From positions 32,001-96,000 of the forward strand of contig BTVI01000002.1 in the NCBI GenBank assembly GCA_045862955.1: a DNA stretch of 64,000 nt, in the 5' to 3' direction. Each line of letters starts with the position of its first letter. The first letter of the stretch is position 1. Under the pieces are notes generated by a model. It saw only the letters and a program-made list of their open reading frames with translations, did no database searches and was not told the DNA's origin. Made by a program: the position numbers and the translations under genes. This stretch comes from Fimbriimonadales bacterium. Its GTDB lineage: Bacteria > Armatimonadota > Fimbriimonadia > Fimbriimonadales > JABRVX01. This document shows positions 40,534 to 50,736 of the stretch, one piece after another.

Positions 40534-42178
40534 CCAACTGCGCAACAGCATTCGGCGGTCGCTCACGTCGGTCCGCAGGTTGATCGCGCTGCTCGTGGCA
40601 GGAGCATACTACTACTGGTTCATCATGCGCATGTTCCTGCGGCGTGACGCAGACCTACCCGTCATGCCCTCGGTCCAGTACCCCGTCGAGGTCGCTTCGG
40701 CCGTCGTGTTCGGGTTGGCCACACTCGTGACCCTCTTCTTCCTTTCGTTAGTTGGCGTGCAGCGCTCCGGGTTCCGTCCAGCCGATGTAGACATGCTCTT
40801 CCCGACACCGGTGAGCCCGCGCGCGGTGGTGATGTTCCGAATCATCCGGGAGAACTTCGTCGCGCTCATCTATCCTCTGATCTTCGTGTTGCTCGGTGGC
40901 GCGGCCTTTGCGAGCCTGGCGAAGGCGTGGCTGCGCGAGGTCCCGAACCGCGAGGCACTGACGTGGTTGCCGTACACTGCAGCTCTGTCATGGCTGTTGG
41001 TTCAGGCTACATGGATTGCGGCGGGCCATGCTTTCAGCCTGGCTACTGCAAACGATCGAGTCTCTGTGTGGGTCAAGCGGACTCCCGCCATTCTCGCGGT
41101 GTCGGCCGCGGTAGCTCTCGTGGCCGCCGTGCGCCGAGTGGTCCTGATGCACGGCTGGTCAGGAGATGCATTCGTCCAGGCCTTTGCATCGGGGCCGATA
41201 CGATACTTGTACTTTCCAGCTAGCGCGGCAGCAGAGATCGCACTGGCTCCACTAACAGGCAACTATCTAGGTGCGGGACTTGCGGTACTCGGCTATGTTC
41301 TGGCACTGGCTATCGTTCTGCACCTGGCTCTTCGATTTTCCAGTGCCTTGTATGAGCAGGCAGCGCTGGCAGTCGCATCATCCCAGCCCTCCGAGACGGC
41401 CATGCGCTCCGGCGACTTCATGCAGTACTACTCCAACCTAGCACGGCAGGGAAAGCTTAAGGCAGGCAGGCTGAAGTGGCTGCGTGGACTGCGGTGGCAA
41501 GGTCCCAAGGCCGTCATCTGGCGCGATGCGATTGTCAGTCTGCGCGTCTCGGGGCACTGGTATGCGTTGGGCTTGGTGGGGATGGCAGCCTATGCGGCGT
41601 TCCTTCTCTACATCGGCGCAACCTCGCCGCAGCCGGGTTTCGCCGAATCGCAGTTCATGGTCGCCGGCATGATCGCTTTCATCGCGACGTGGACCTCGTC
41701 TCGTGCAGGTTTCATCGATCTCCTGCGCAAGGTGGATGCGAACAAAGCACTTCCGTTCTCCATGATCCACTCGCTGTTCGCGCAGTCGTTGGTGCGCAAC
41801 CTGTCGGCCTGCACCTGGGCTTGGATGCTTTGCGGTATCGCTGCACTGATCGAACCTGGCGTGTCTGCGGTCGCCATCTCGATCGCCATTGCCGTGTTGC
41901 CACTGACCTACGTGGTGTCCAGCAGCGTGCTCGTGCACTTGCTGCTCTTTCCGGATCTGGAGGACTCCTCACAACGCATGATCCGAGAGCTACTGACGAT
42001 GCTCACCATGCTGGTCGCGGTGCTGCCCGCCGGAGCCGTGGCAGTCGGGCTGTTCGCGCTGCTGAACGGCCAAGTATTGGTGGCAGCCACTGTAGCGAGC
42101 GTGGTCAACGTTGGGGTCGCTGCACTGCTTCTCCTGTTGGCTGCCGAGCTGTACGCCGGCTTCAACCCCAGTGAGTGA
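40505..42178 (+). CDS. Putative ABC exporter permease
   Basis: Many TM helices; FRPADVDMLFPTPV; overlaps the ATPase gene. Confidence 0.8.
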   Translation: MRPLLFLTFSQLRNSIRRSLTSVRRLIALLVAGAYYYWFIMRMFLRRDADLPVMPSVQYPVEVASAVVFGLATLVTLFFLSLVGVQRSGFRPADVDMLFPTPVSPRAVVMFRIIRENFVALIYPLIFVLLGGAAFASLAKAWLREVPNREALTWLPYTAALSWLLVQATWIAAGHAFSLATANDRVSVWVKRTPAILAVSAAVALVAAVRRVVLMHGWSGDAFVQAFASGPIRYLYFPASAAAEIALAPLTGNYLGAGLAVLGYVLALAIVLHLALRFSSALYEQAALAVASSQPSETAMRSGDFMQYYSNLARQGKLKAGRLKWLRGLRWQGPKAVIWRDAIVSLRVSGHWYALGLVGMAAYAAFLLYIGATSPQPGFAESQFMVAGMIAFIATWTSSRAGFIDLLRKVDANKALPFSMIHSLFAQSLVRNLSACTWAWMLCGIAALIEPGVSAVAISIAIAVLPLTYVVSSSVLVHLLLFPDLEDSSQRMIRELLTMLTMLVAVLPAGAVAVGLFALLNGQVLVAATVASVVNVGVAALLLLLAAELYAGFNPSE

Positions 42179-42207
42179 CCCCGATATAACGCGGTAGAAT
42201 GATACGA

Positions 42208-43341
42208 ATGTCAGGCCTCGACCCTGCCAAGGAGACCGTCCACTTGAACCTCGACCCCGTGCTGCTTCTCGGCCCCGGGCCGAGCGCGGTGCACCCGCGC
42301 GTAATGGATGCTCTTTCGTCGCCGATGCGAGGGATCTTCGACCCGGACCTCCTCGTCGCAATGGGCGAGATCAGCGAAGGGCTGCGTACGTTGTTCGGTA
42401 CGGCCAACCGGTACACCCTCTGCCTTCCCGCGTCCGGGATGAGTGCAATGGAAGCAGGGATTGCAAATCTGGTGGAACCAGGCGACCGTGTCGTAGTGTG
42501 TGTCAACGGCTTCTTCAGCGGCCGGATCGCGCACATCGCCGAGCGGTACGGAGCCCAGGTCACGCGCGTCCAGGCTCCTTGGGGCACGCCGTTCGAGGTC
42601 CAATGGATCGAGGACGCCTGCAAGCAAGATGCTCCCCCCAAGCTGCTAGCAATCGTATTGGCGGAGACCTCCACCGGAGGGCGCAACGACATCACCGGCC
42701 TCGGTGAGATTGCGCACCGACATGGCGCACTGCTCATGGTAGACGCAGTGACGGCCCTCGGCGGCATGCCCGTGGAGGTGGACCGCCACGGCGTGGACTA
42801 TTGTTACGCAGGCTCGCAGAAGTGCATCGGCTCTCCGCCGGGGCTCGCCCCCGTCACGCTGTCGGATAGGGCACTGAAGACGATCTCCGCGCGCAAGTCT
42901 GCCTGCCAAAGCTTTTACCTGGACATCACGCTGGCGGCTGCCTATTGGCTCGACGGCAAACCCTATCACCAGACGCCCTCCTCGCCGCTCATCTTCGCAC
43001 TGAACGAAGCGCTCGCCATCGTCCAGGAGGAGGGATTAGAGGCGCGGTACGCCCGGCACGCAAAGGTTGGCAGCGAACTGCGAGCAGCCCTTCGAGATAT
43101 CGCCCTGCAGGCTCTCCCCGATCCGGGCGTCGCGCTCCCAATGCTGACGGTTGTGCGGCTTCCGGAAGGCATCGAGCCGAAGTCGGTGATTACGAAGCTC
43201 CGCACCGAGTCCGGCATCGAGGTAGGCGCTGCGCTCGGCGAGATGGCGAGTCAGCACATTCGCATCGGCACCATGGGATACGCAGCCTCCTTCGAGAACG
43301 TACGAAAGGTTACGGAGGCGCTGAGCGCAGCGTTGGCATGA
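42208..43341 (+). CDS. Class V aminotransferase (alanine-glyoxylate/serine-pyruvate)
   Basis: LLGPGPS, ETSTG, VDAV, GSQKCIGSPPG, RIGTMG. Confidence 0.9.
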   Translation: MSGLDPAKETVHLNLDPVLLLGPGPSAVHPRVMDALSSPMRGIFDPDLLVAMGEISEGLRTLFGTANRYTLCLPASGMSAMEAGIANLVEPGDRVVVCVNGFFSGRIAHIAERYGAQVTRVQAPWGTPFEVQWIEDACKQDAPPKLLAIVLAETSTGGRNDITGLGEIAHRHGALLMVDAVTALGGMPVEVDRHGVDYCYAGSQKCIGSPPGLAPVTLSDRALKTISARKSACQSFYLDITLAAAYWLDGKPYHQTPSSPLIFALNEALAIVQEEGLEARYARHAKVGSELRAALRDIALQALPDPGVALPMLTVVRLPEGIEPKSVITKLRTESGIEVGAALGEMASQHIRIGTMGYAASFENVRKVTEALSAALA

Positions 43342-44423
43342 GACTGAGACCCTCGACGAAGATCCTCATAGGTGCCGTGCTGATCGCAGGCCTGTGGTTC
43401 GGCAACCAAGTGCGCGAAGCGCAGCTCGTCAAAACGATACCTACGCCCCCGATCCCGGCCGGCCGCTTCACGATGCTCGGGCTCAAGCCGTCCGATCGCT
43501 ACTCCATCCTCATTGCCAATCAGACCGCCTTCATTGCTATCGGTGCGGGGCAAGAGACGTTCAGCAAGAGCGAGGGGGGAGCAGCCGGTACCCGCGTGCC
43601 GACCGACGACCTTATCAAAGCCAAGAGCGGGGATGCCGAGGCGCTTGCGCATCTCATCGTCCGGCTGAACAAGCTGACGCCAGAAGACCCACCGCAGTCC
43701 CCTGTGACCTGGACGGAGGCGGATGTGCGCAAGGCTCTGGACGGTGACGCCGGGTTGAGGGACCGGCTCGAGGTGGATATTGCCTACCCGCTGTTGCCCG
43801 GGAGGCCGCTACCCGAACTCAGCATCTCGGCGATAGACAACGGCATCATCGTTCTCGTGGACGTACCGGTCACCTACGAGCTGCCAGGCGGCAGGCGGAG
43901 TGTGGTTGCCAAGGTTCCCTTCTACTATCGCTCTTCCGCTGCCAATCAGCTGGCTGAGCGGGTAGCAACCAAAGCTCTCGGTGCCGAGGCTTCGATCGCC
44001 TTATACCGCACCTTGGCAGAGGCTTCTAAGGAGAATGCTAGCGAATCGCTAAGGGCCCTCTTCTCGCCTTCGAAAGTGCGCAAGTTGGCCGAGTCGGCCC
44101 AGAACCTCTTGGACGCGACGTTCATCGTCCTCACCGAGAAGTTCATCACCTCGGCGCGCGCCATCGAGGTTCCGCCGGCTCCCATGCATACCCAGCCGAC
44201 CTACGACCTGCACCTTAGTCTGACGCCCGAAGGGCGAGCCCGCCTGTACCGGTTCAGCTCGGTGTACGGGGGTCGAAGGGTGCTGGTCGTATTCGACGGA
44301 GTCGCGCTCGAGGGTTCTCAGCTCACGAAGGGCCTGAACGTACCCAAGTTCAGCATAACGCGAATTCGCGACGCGCGCAGGCTCGCGAAACTGGTCGAGT
44401 ACCTGAACGGCTCCCGAGCATAG
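43338..44423 (+). CDS. Membrane-anchored protein with C-terminal SecD P1-head-like region
   Basis: N-terminal TM segment; LHLSLTPEGRARL...GRRVLVVFDG. Confidence 0.5.
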   Translation: MRLRPSTKILIGAVLIAGLWFGNQVREAQLVKTIPTPPIPAGRFTMLGLKPSDRYSILIANQTAFIAIGAGQETFSKSEGGAAGTRVPTDDLIKAKSGDAEALAHLIVRLNKLTPEDPPQSPVTWTEADVRKALDGDAGLRDRLEVDIAYPLLPGRPLPELSISAIDNGIIVLVDVPVTYELPGGRRSVVAKVPFYYRSSAANQLAERVATKALGAEASIALYRTLAEASKENASESLRALFSPSKVRKLAESAQNLLDATFIVLTEKFITSARAIEVPPAPMHTQPTYDLHLSLTPEGRARLYRFSSVYGGRRVLVVFDGVALEGSQLTKGLNVPKFSITRIRDARRLAKLVEYLNGSRA

Positions 44424-44480
44424 GCGCGCTAGCAGGCAAGGAACTTCGGCGCGCGCCCGCTAGGTAAACTCTGTTGACAT

Positions 44481-45212
44481 ATGACACGCTTCTGTTTTCC
44501 CGTTTTGATCGCGGTCTGCACACTGCTCGTCGGTTGTGGCGGCAAGTCGAAGGAAGCCCTCGACCAGGCCAAGAGCATCCCAAAGGTTCCCGTTGTCGAG
44601 GCGAAGTCGCTGGCAGACTTCGTTCCCAGCAAGCCGGGTACCGAGTGGGAGTACTACAACGGCCTCAACGAGCGCCCCACTGCGACGAAAAGGACCCTGC
44701 AGACGGTCAGCAAGACACCACAAGCGCCGAACACCGTTCGCTACGACTCCGAGATCCCCGGCACGGACAGGCGGATGTACGAGGTGTATAAGTACGATGC
44801 TTCTACGCTGTACCTGACGCGTATCGGAGACTCGTCCGGCGTCGACAAAGTGATCGAGCCCCCGAAGCCCATGCTCAAGTTCCCCCCGAAGCAGGACGAG
44901 GTTTGGGAGTGGAAGGGCACGGGGCCGACGATCGCCGGGATCGTCCCGCACAAGTCGAGATTCAGAGTGGATACCGGTCTGACTGCGACGACCCTGGCGG
45001 GGCAGTTCGAAGTCGTTGCGGTGACCGAAGATGCCGAGATCCTGGAAGGGCAATACAAGGGTATGAAGATTAGGACCGTGGTGCTGTACGCTCCGGGTTA
45101 CGGCCAGGTGAAAACCACTCACACTGCGCGCCGGAAGGACGGGCAACAGTTATCGGCGGTAATAGAGCTAAAGGGGTGCTCGCTGATCCCGCCCGCGGGG
45201 AAGAAAACCTGA
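44481..45212 (+). CDS. Lipoprotein, beta-rich paralog 1
   Basis: Lipobox LVGC; FVPSKPGTEWEY...YAPGYGQVK. Confidence 0.7.
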   Translation: MTRFCFPVLIAVCTLLVGCGGKSKEALDQAKSIPKVPVVEAKSLADFVPSKPGTEWEYYNGLNERPTATKRTLQTVSKTPQAPNTVRYDSEIPGTDRRMYEVYKYDASTLYLTRIGDSSGVDKVIEPPKPMLKFPPKQDEVWEWKGTGPTIAGIVPHKSRFRVDTGLTATTLAGQFEVVAVTEDAEILEGQYKGMKIRTVVLYAPGYGQVKTTHTARRKDGQQLSAVIELKGCSLIPPAGKKT

Positions 45213-45228
45213 ACCGGGAGGTCTCAGT

Positions 45229-45855
45229 TTGAACCAGCTACTGTCGTTGCTCGTGTCCACGGTGGCATTTCAGGCTAGTGCTCCCCCGTCGCCTGCCGAC
45301 CTATTTCCGTTGAAGACGGGCACGACTTGGCTCTATGAGAAGCGCTCGAACATCGGGTCGAGCGTAGTCGGATACGGTCTGGAAGTCACGGGCAGTACCG
45401 AGCTCGACGGCGAACCCGCTTGGGAAGTCGTCACGACCGACGCGGACAAGGGAGGTCGCTCGCTCTACCGCGCCGACGCAAAGGGCGTGTATCTGGTCGC
45501 GGTAGGCAATCCGCCGACCCTTCTGAGTCCACCGATGCCCCTGATCGTCGGACCGGTCAAGGCGGGCACGAAGTGGTCATGGAGTGGTGAGATGCCGCTA
45601 CCCCAGGGCTCGATAGCGTGCAAACTGGAGGCACGCGTGCAGGGTACCGAGCGCTTGCTGGTTCTCGGCAAGCAGGAGGATTGTGTGAGGGTAGAGACCA
45701 AGTCGCAGCTCGGTTCGGGGAAGTCAGCCATAACGGTAGTTCGAACCTCGTGGTACGCCTCCGGTATCGGCTTGGTCAAGGAGCGGACGGAGTATCGCGA
45801 TGGCAAGGACAAGCTGACAGAAACCGTTGTCCTGGCGAGGTACTCGAAGTCCTAG
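45229..45855 (+). CDS. Exported protein, beta-rich paralog 2
   Basis: Signal peptide; LFPLKTGTTWLY...WYASGIGLVK. Confidence 0.7.
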   Translation: MNQLLSLLVSTVAFQASAPPSPADLFPLKTGTTWLYEKRSNIGSSVVGYGLEVTGSTELDGEPAWEVVTTDADKGGRSLYRADAKGVYLVAVGNPPTLLSPPMPLIVGPVKAGTKWSWSGEMPLPQGSIACKLEARVQGTERLLVLGKQEDCVRVETKSQLGSGKSAITVVRTSWYASGIGLVKERTEYRDGKDKLTETVVLARYSKS

Positions 45856-45865
45856 TCCAGTCCTT

Positions 45866-46516
45866 ATGACACGTGCGAACCGCTCGGTTGCCCTCTGGGG
45901 TCTGCTCATTGTCGCGCTCACTGTCGGATGCCACGGCCCGACGAAATCGGGTGCAGAGCGTCCGCTCGACGGGGTGCTAGTCCGTGCCGACGACACCTAT
46001 TGGCTGCTGCCCGATCAACCGACCCCGTGCGTGCTGCATCTCGGAGCCGAGCCCATCCCGGTAACCTGCACCGTAACCCCATCGCCCGATACGGAGCCTG
46101 ACCGCTACGTGTTGCGGCTGAGTGCAGAAGGGCAGGAACTCGTGGAGCAGTACGCCGCCGACCGCGACGGTATAGCGTTCGTCGGGTCCGGTGTGGACCG
46201 CTTCGAGCCGCCGATCCCGCTGTTGCAATATGGACGACAGATCGGCGATGAATGGGAGTGGACCGGCATCAACATTACAGAAGGAGAACCTGCGATACCC
46301 GCAAATGCCAGCATCCGGACGTCCGAAGACATGCTGCGCCTCCCCGCAGGGTCGGTGCAGTCCATTAAAGTGTCTGTGATGGTGTACTTGGGAGGCAGCC
46401 GAAAGCCTGCTGAGGAGATGCTTTTCTGGTTCGCTCCTCGTCTGGGACTGGTTCGAGCGGAGCTTGCTGGCTACCGCAGAACGATGGGAGAGAGTCCGGC
46501 AAGCGACGGCGAGTGA
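45866..46516 (+). CDS. Lipoprotein, beta-rich paralog 3
   Basis: TVGC lipobox; PPIPLL...GDEWEWTG...WFAPRLGLVR. Confidence 0.65.
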   Translation: MTRANRSVALWGLLIVALTVGCHGPTKSGAERPLDGVLVRADDTYWLLPDQPTPCVLHLGAEPIPVTCTVTPSPDTEPDRYVLRLSAEGQELVEQYAADRDGIAFVGSGVDRFEPPIPLLQYGRQIGDEWEWTGINITEGEPAIPANASIRTSEDMLRLPAGSVQSIKVSVMVYLGGSRKPAEEMLFWFAPRLGLVRAELAGYRRTMGESPASDGE

Positions 46517-46534
46517 GGCCGGTGTCCCGTCAAG

Positions 46535-46564
46535 TTGACAGCGCCGCGGGGCAATCCGTATAAT
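46535..46564 (+). promoter_or_regulatory. Consensus sigma70 promoter
   Basis: TTGACA-18-TATAAT, 22 nt before ATG 46587. Confidence 0.75.
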
Positions 46565-46586
46565 CCGGCCGGATCCCTTCCCACTC

Positions 46587-48089
46587 ATGATAACCGTCGC
46601 GCTCGAACAGGACGAACTGGTCGTTGAACCGGGCGGCACCGCAAAGATCCAGGTCACAGTCACCAATAACGGAGAAGCCGCCGGTCGCTTCGGGCTTGAG
46701 ATTGAGGGCCTAGATCCCGAATGGTGCGCGATACCCGTTCCCAGCGTCACGCTCGAACCCGGGCAGCAGGCGAGCGAGCGCATCCTAGTAAAACCACCCC
46801 GCAGTAGCGAGAGCCGAGCAGGTGTCTACCCGTTCGTCGTGTCGGTCTGCTCTCTCGAGAGTGGAGAAAAGGTGGTCAGGCAGGGAAGCGTCACCGTCCG
46901 ACCATTCAACCTGCTCACGATCGAGTTAGTGCCGAAGCGCGGTGTCGTCTCGCCGTTCGGAAGGACGTGCTACTTTCAGGTCGGTGTCGGCAACTTGGGA
47001 AACACGGAGCAGCATCTTCAGCTGTTCGCCTCGGATCCCGAGGACGGCTGCACCTACCAGTTCGACGAAGAGCGCATCACCTTGCCGCCTGGAGGAAGAC
47101 GAGAGGTCGACCTTGCCGTCCAGGCGACTAGCTTGCCATTCATCAGTACGGCGCGGCTGTACGGTTTCACCGTATCCGCACGCTCCATCGAGAACTCTCA
47201 CCTGTCGGCATCCACGCAAGGCCAAATCGAGCGACGTGGGGTGATCAGCCCTTCCGTGCTCGTCACGGTTCTGGTGCTTCTGGCAATCGCCTCAGCCGTC
47301 TGGCTACTTTGGCCGCGGCCTGCGATGGTTGCCCACTTCGCAGTGGACCGGAACGCAGTGATGAAAGGTGAGCCGGTGACGGTCACCTGGCGGACCCTCC
47401 ACAGCAACTCCGTTCGCCTCGAGTTCAATGGGCGGGTAATCGGCTCCAATCTCGAGACGCAGGGCAGCCTGAAGTTCACGCCAGAGGAGAGTGGAAGGTT
47501 GGTGCTCGTGGCGCAGGGCAACATGGGTGAGACACCGAGCCGGGAGGAGCTGATTACGATCCAGCTTCCAGAAGCTCTGCCTCCCCCGGAGATCCTGGAC
47601 CTGAATGTCAACCCAAAGACCATTCGCAAGGGCGAGCCGGTGACCATCACCTACAAGGTGAAGAATACCGACCGCATCTTCATCACGCCGCCGAACATCC
47701 AACTTCAGCCTTACTTAGGCTCGGCAGAGGTTCGGTTCGAACGTTCTGGGCAGTACGAGTTCGTGGCGGTAAACGCCGAGAATAAAACCACCCGCCGGAA
47801 GTTCTCCATCACCGTGGTCGAAGCGGATGTCGACATCAAGTTCACGGTCCAGCCCGCCGTCGTGAAGCACCCCGGAGACACCGTGCGGCTGAGCTGGGAA
47901 CTACGTGGCGCGGTCGAAGCGAGCATAGACAACGACATTGGCCCGATCGACGTTGCTAGCGGCTCACTCGAGGTGCCCGTTCTTAAGACCACGGTCTTCA
48001 CACTGACTGCGAAGGACAATGCCGGGAAGACGGCATCGCAGTCCGTGAAGGTCAGTGTCGAGCCGACTACTCCCGAGACACCCCAGTGA
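46587..48089 (+). CDS. Single-pass membrane protein with Ig-like domains on both sides
   Basis: N-terminal beta-sandwich repeats, central TM segment, three repeats such as GEPVTVTW, GEPVTITY, GDTVRLSW. Confidence 0.65.
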   Translation: MITVALEQDELVVEPGGTAKIQVTVTNNGEAAGRFGLEIEGLDPEWCAIPVPSVTLEPGQQASERILVKPPRSSESRAGVYPFVVSVCSLESGEKVVRQGSVTVRPFNLLTIELVPKRGVVSPFGRTCYFQVGVGNLGNTEQHLQLFASDPEDGCTYQFDEERITLPPGGRREVDLAVQATSLPFISTARLYGFTVSARSIENSHLSASTQGQIERRGVISPSVLVTVLVLLAIASAVWLLWPRPAMVAHFAVDRNAVMKGEPVTVTWRTLHSNSVRLEFNGRVIGSNLETQGSLKFTPEESGRLVLVAQGNMGETPSREELITIQLPEALPPPEILDLNVNPKTIRKGEPVTITYKVKNTDRIFITPPNIQLQPYLGSAEVRFERSGQYEFVAVNAENKTTRRKFSITVVEADVDIKFTVQPAVVKHPGDTVRLSWELRGAVEASIDNDIGPIDVASGSLEVPVLKTTVFTLTAKDNAGKTASQSVKVSVEPTTPETPQ

Positions 48090-48093
48090 TGCC

Positions 48094-48693
48094 GTGTTAG
48101 CCCTCGTCACCGGTTTCGGCCCGTTCGGCTCCGTCACGAATAACCCTTCGGCAGAGCTAGCCAGGCGGCTCGCGGCACATCCGCCAGATGGCTGGGAGGT
48201 GGACTGCGAGCTGTTGGCCGTCGAGTACCGGGCGGTTCGCGAAGCCGTGCACTTGCTTACGCGACGAAGCTATGATGCGGCCTTTCTTCTAGGCGTGCAC
48301 AACCGCGACACACGGATGTACCTCGAGCTGTTCGGGCGCAGGGAAGTGAGTGCGACCCCGGACATGGCGGGTGAGACGGTCGGTCCTGATTGGTTTCCAC
48401 CCGGGCCGGAGCGTATCGGCAGCAAGCTGTTCGGACTGCCCTCGGTGCAAGGATTGGGGGACTCGCGCGTCACCTGGTCGTACTCAGCAGGCGGCTACCT
48501 GTGCAACGCATGGTACTACTTGGCCTTGGCCACACCGGGTGCTCCACCGTGCGGCTTCGTCCACGTGCCCCATTCCGAAGAGAGCAAGCCTCACGGCGCG
48601 CACATGCCACTCGAGGAGCAAGAGAGTCTGCTTCGAGCGATCGTGACCTCGGTCGGACCGCGACTCACCGTAGACGAAAGGAAGACGGCTTGA
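48094..48693 (+). CDS. pcp: Pyroglutamyl-peptidase I (C15)
   Basis: LVTGFGPFG..NNPS, LE, AGGYLCN, GFVHVP. Confidence 0.85.
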   Translation: MLALVTGFGPFGSVTNNPSAELARRLAAHPPDGWEVDCELLAVEYRAVREAVHLLTRRSYDAAFLLGVHNRDTRMYLELFGRREVSATPDMAGETVGPDWFPPGPERIGSKLFGLPSVQGLGDSRVTWSYSAGGYLCNAWYYLALATPGAPPCGFVHVPHSEESKPHGAHMPLEEQESLLRAIVTSVGPRLTVDERKTA

Positions 48694-50216
48694 AAAGAGC
48701 ACTGCTAAGCGTGTGGGACAAGACGGGAATCGAGGAGCTCGCCAGAGGTCTCGCCGACCTAGGGTTCGAGCTGATCTCTACCGGAGGCACTGCTGCCAAA
48801 CTGCGAGAGGCTGGTCTAGCCGTCACCGAGGTGTCCAAGGTCACCGGCTTTCCCGAGATCATGGGCGGGCGAGTCAAGACCCTTCATCCCGCGATTCATG
48901 CCGGCCTACTCGCCGACCCCTCGGTACCCGACCACCTCGATGCCTTGGAGCGGCTTGCGCTCGGCAGGATCGAGATTCTCGTGGTCAACCTGTATCCGTT
49001 CAAAGAGACCATCGCGAAGGGTGCCACACGAGCAGAAGCCATCGAGATGATCGACATCGGCGGGCCGGCCATGCTCCGCGCTGCTGCCAAGAACCACGCC
49101 GCGGTCGCGGCCGTTTGCGATCCTGCCGATTACCCCCGTGTGCTCGGGGAGCTGCGACGCGAAGGCCAGATCATGCCCGAAACTCGGGAGGAACTTGCAC
49201 TCAAGGTGTTCTCCCTCACCGCACGTTACGATGCCACGATCGCCGAGTATCTGTCCGAAGGACAGACCGATACTCTCGCTCTGGTGATGCCACGTTGCCG
49301 CCTCCTTCGCTATGGCGAGAACCCGGACCAGCGAGCGGCAGCCTATTTAGACCCGGATTACGTCGGCGCATCTGCGCTCAGTGCGCGCGTGCTCGGCGGC
49401 AAGGAACTGTCCTACAATAACATTCTCGACGCCGATGCGGCCATCGAGGCGTCGCTCGCGTTCTCCGAGCCCGCAGCAGTGGTGGTGAAGCACCTCACAC
49501 CCTGTGGAGCGGCTTTGGCCGACAGCCCTGCGAAAGCCGTTCGTAGAGCCGTGGATGCCGATCCCGTCTCCGCCTTCGGCGGTGTCGTGGCGGTCAATCG
49601 CCCCGTAGATGGAGACACGGCTGCCGAGCTGACCGCGAGGAACCAGTTCCTGGAGGTGATTGCAGCCCCGCGTTTCGAAGGCGCGGTGGCCGAGAGCATC
49701 TCCAGACGATCCGGGTGGGGAGAATCGGTCAGGCTGCTGGAGTTCGGTGACCGACCGCTGAGCCCGAGCTGGTCGCTGCGGAGCGTGGCCGGCGGGGTAC
49801 TTCGGCAGAGCACCCAACCGGTTGCTCCCTTCCGTCCTCGCGCGGTCACGCAGCGTCAGCCGACGAGTGCCGAGCTGGCCGAGCTGGAGTTCGCCTGGCG
49901 AGTAGTTCGCTACGTGAAGTCGAACGGCATCGTAGTGACATCCGATCGCTGCACGCGTGGGATCGGTAGCGGACAGACGAGTCGCGTGGCTTCGGTGCGG
50001 ATCGCGCTGGAGCAGGCGGGTGAGGCAGCTCGACGGGCCGTCCTTGCTAGCGACGGCTTCTTTCCGTTTCCGGATAGCATCGAGCTGGCTGCTGCAGCCG
50101 GGATCGTCGCGGTGGTGCAACCGGGCGGGTCGAAGCGGGACGACGACGTGATCCGTGCTGCAGACGCCCTCGGACTTGCGATGGTGTTCACAGACTGCCG
50201 GCAATTCCGGCATTGA
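48690..50216 (+). CDS. purH: Bifunctional AICAR transformylase/IMP cyclohydrolase
   Basis: ALLSVWDKTG, STGGT, GRVKTLHP, IDIGGP, LRYGENPDQ, SDGFFPF. Confidence 0.96.
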   Translation: MKRALLSVWDKTGIEELARGLADLGFELISTGGTAAKLREAGLAVTEVSKVTGFPEIMGGRVKTLHPAIHAGLLADPSVPDHLDALERLALGRIEILVVNLYPFKETIAKGATRAEAIEMIDIGGPAMLRAAAKNHAAVAAVCDPADYPRVLGELRREGQIMPETREELALKVFSLTARYDATIAEYLSEGQTDTLALVMPRCRLLRYGENPDQRAAAYLDPDYVGASALSARVLGGKELSYNNILDADAAIEASLAFSEPAAVVVKHLTPCGAALADSPAKAVRRAVDADPVSAFGGVVAVNRPVDGDTAAELTARNQFLEVIAAPRFEGAVAESISRRSGWGESVRLLEFGDRPLSPSWSLRSVAGGVLRQSTQPVAPFRPRAVTQRQPTSAELAELEFAWRVVRYVKSNGIVVTSDRCTRGIGSGQTSRVASVRIALEQAGEAARRAVLASDGFFPFPDSIELAAAAGIVAVVQPGGSKRDDDVIRAADALGLAMVFTDCRQFRH

Positions 50217-50220
50217 CGCC

Positions 50221-50249
50221 TTGATCTTCTCGCCGCGAAGGGCTACAAT
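50221..50249 (+). promoter_or_regulatory. Sigma70-type promoter
   Basis: TTGATC-17-TACAAT, 9 nt before ATG 50259. Confidence 0.55.
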
Positions 50250-50258
50250 AAGAACAGA

Positions 50259-50585
50259 ATGGCCAGTTCCGGAAAGACCGTAGATCCGATCCTCATAGGC
50301 ATTATCGCGTTGGGCGTCGTCGGCGTCGGAGTCATCTATTTCCTCTCCACGAATCAGGAGATCACGCCGCTGCCGGAGCCGGACCGGCCGAACCTGACGA
50401 AGCCGCAGTCCGCGCTCATGTCGGGGAATGCCTCGATGTGGGGTTCCGGCGAACAGCAAGACATGATGGGTGCGGGAGGCGGGATGCCGATGGGCCCGAG
50501 CATGGGCCCGACCGTAGGCCCGCCCGGTCCCGGACCTGCCGGTCCAGGTGGCGCCCCTGCCGCCACCGGCGGCGTGTCCCTCTAG
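50259..50585 (+). CDS. Small membrane-anchored Gly/Pro-rich protein
   Basis: N-terminal TM segment and low-complexity tail. Confidence 0.6.
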   Translation: MASSGKTVDPILIGIIALGVVGVGVIYFLSTNQEITPLPEPDRPNLTKPQSALMSGNASMWGSGEQQDMMGAGGGMPMGPSMGPTVGPPGPGPAGPGGAPAATGGVSL

Positions 50586-50736
50586 TCAGTCCGAGCGCGT
50601 AATCGCTTGCGTCTGCGCCGGAATACCGGGTAAAACGCCGATAGATTGAGTTATTCCGGCTGGGAAGCCCCCCATCCGCCATAGCCGGGCGTCACTTGGC
50701 TTCTTGGTCATCTGCAGCAGGAGTGGAGCAAAGGAC

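Noticed and set aside
42945..43337. Long 5' extensions of ORFs (also purH from 48390 and mreC from 51782)
   Set aside because: They overlap upstream genes; coupled starts exist at 43338, 48690 and 52088
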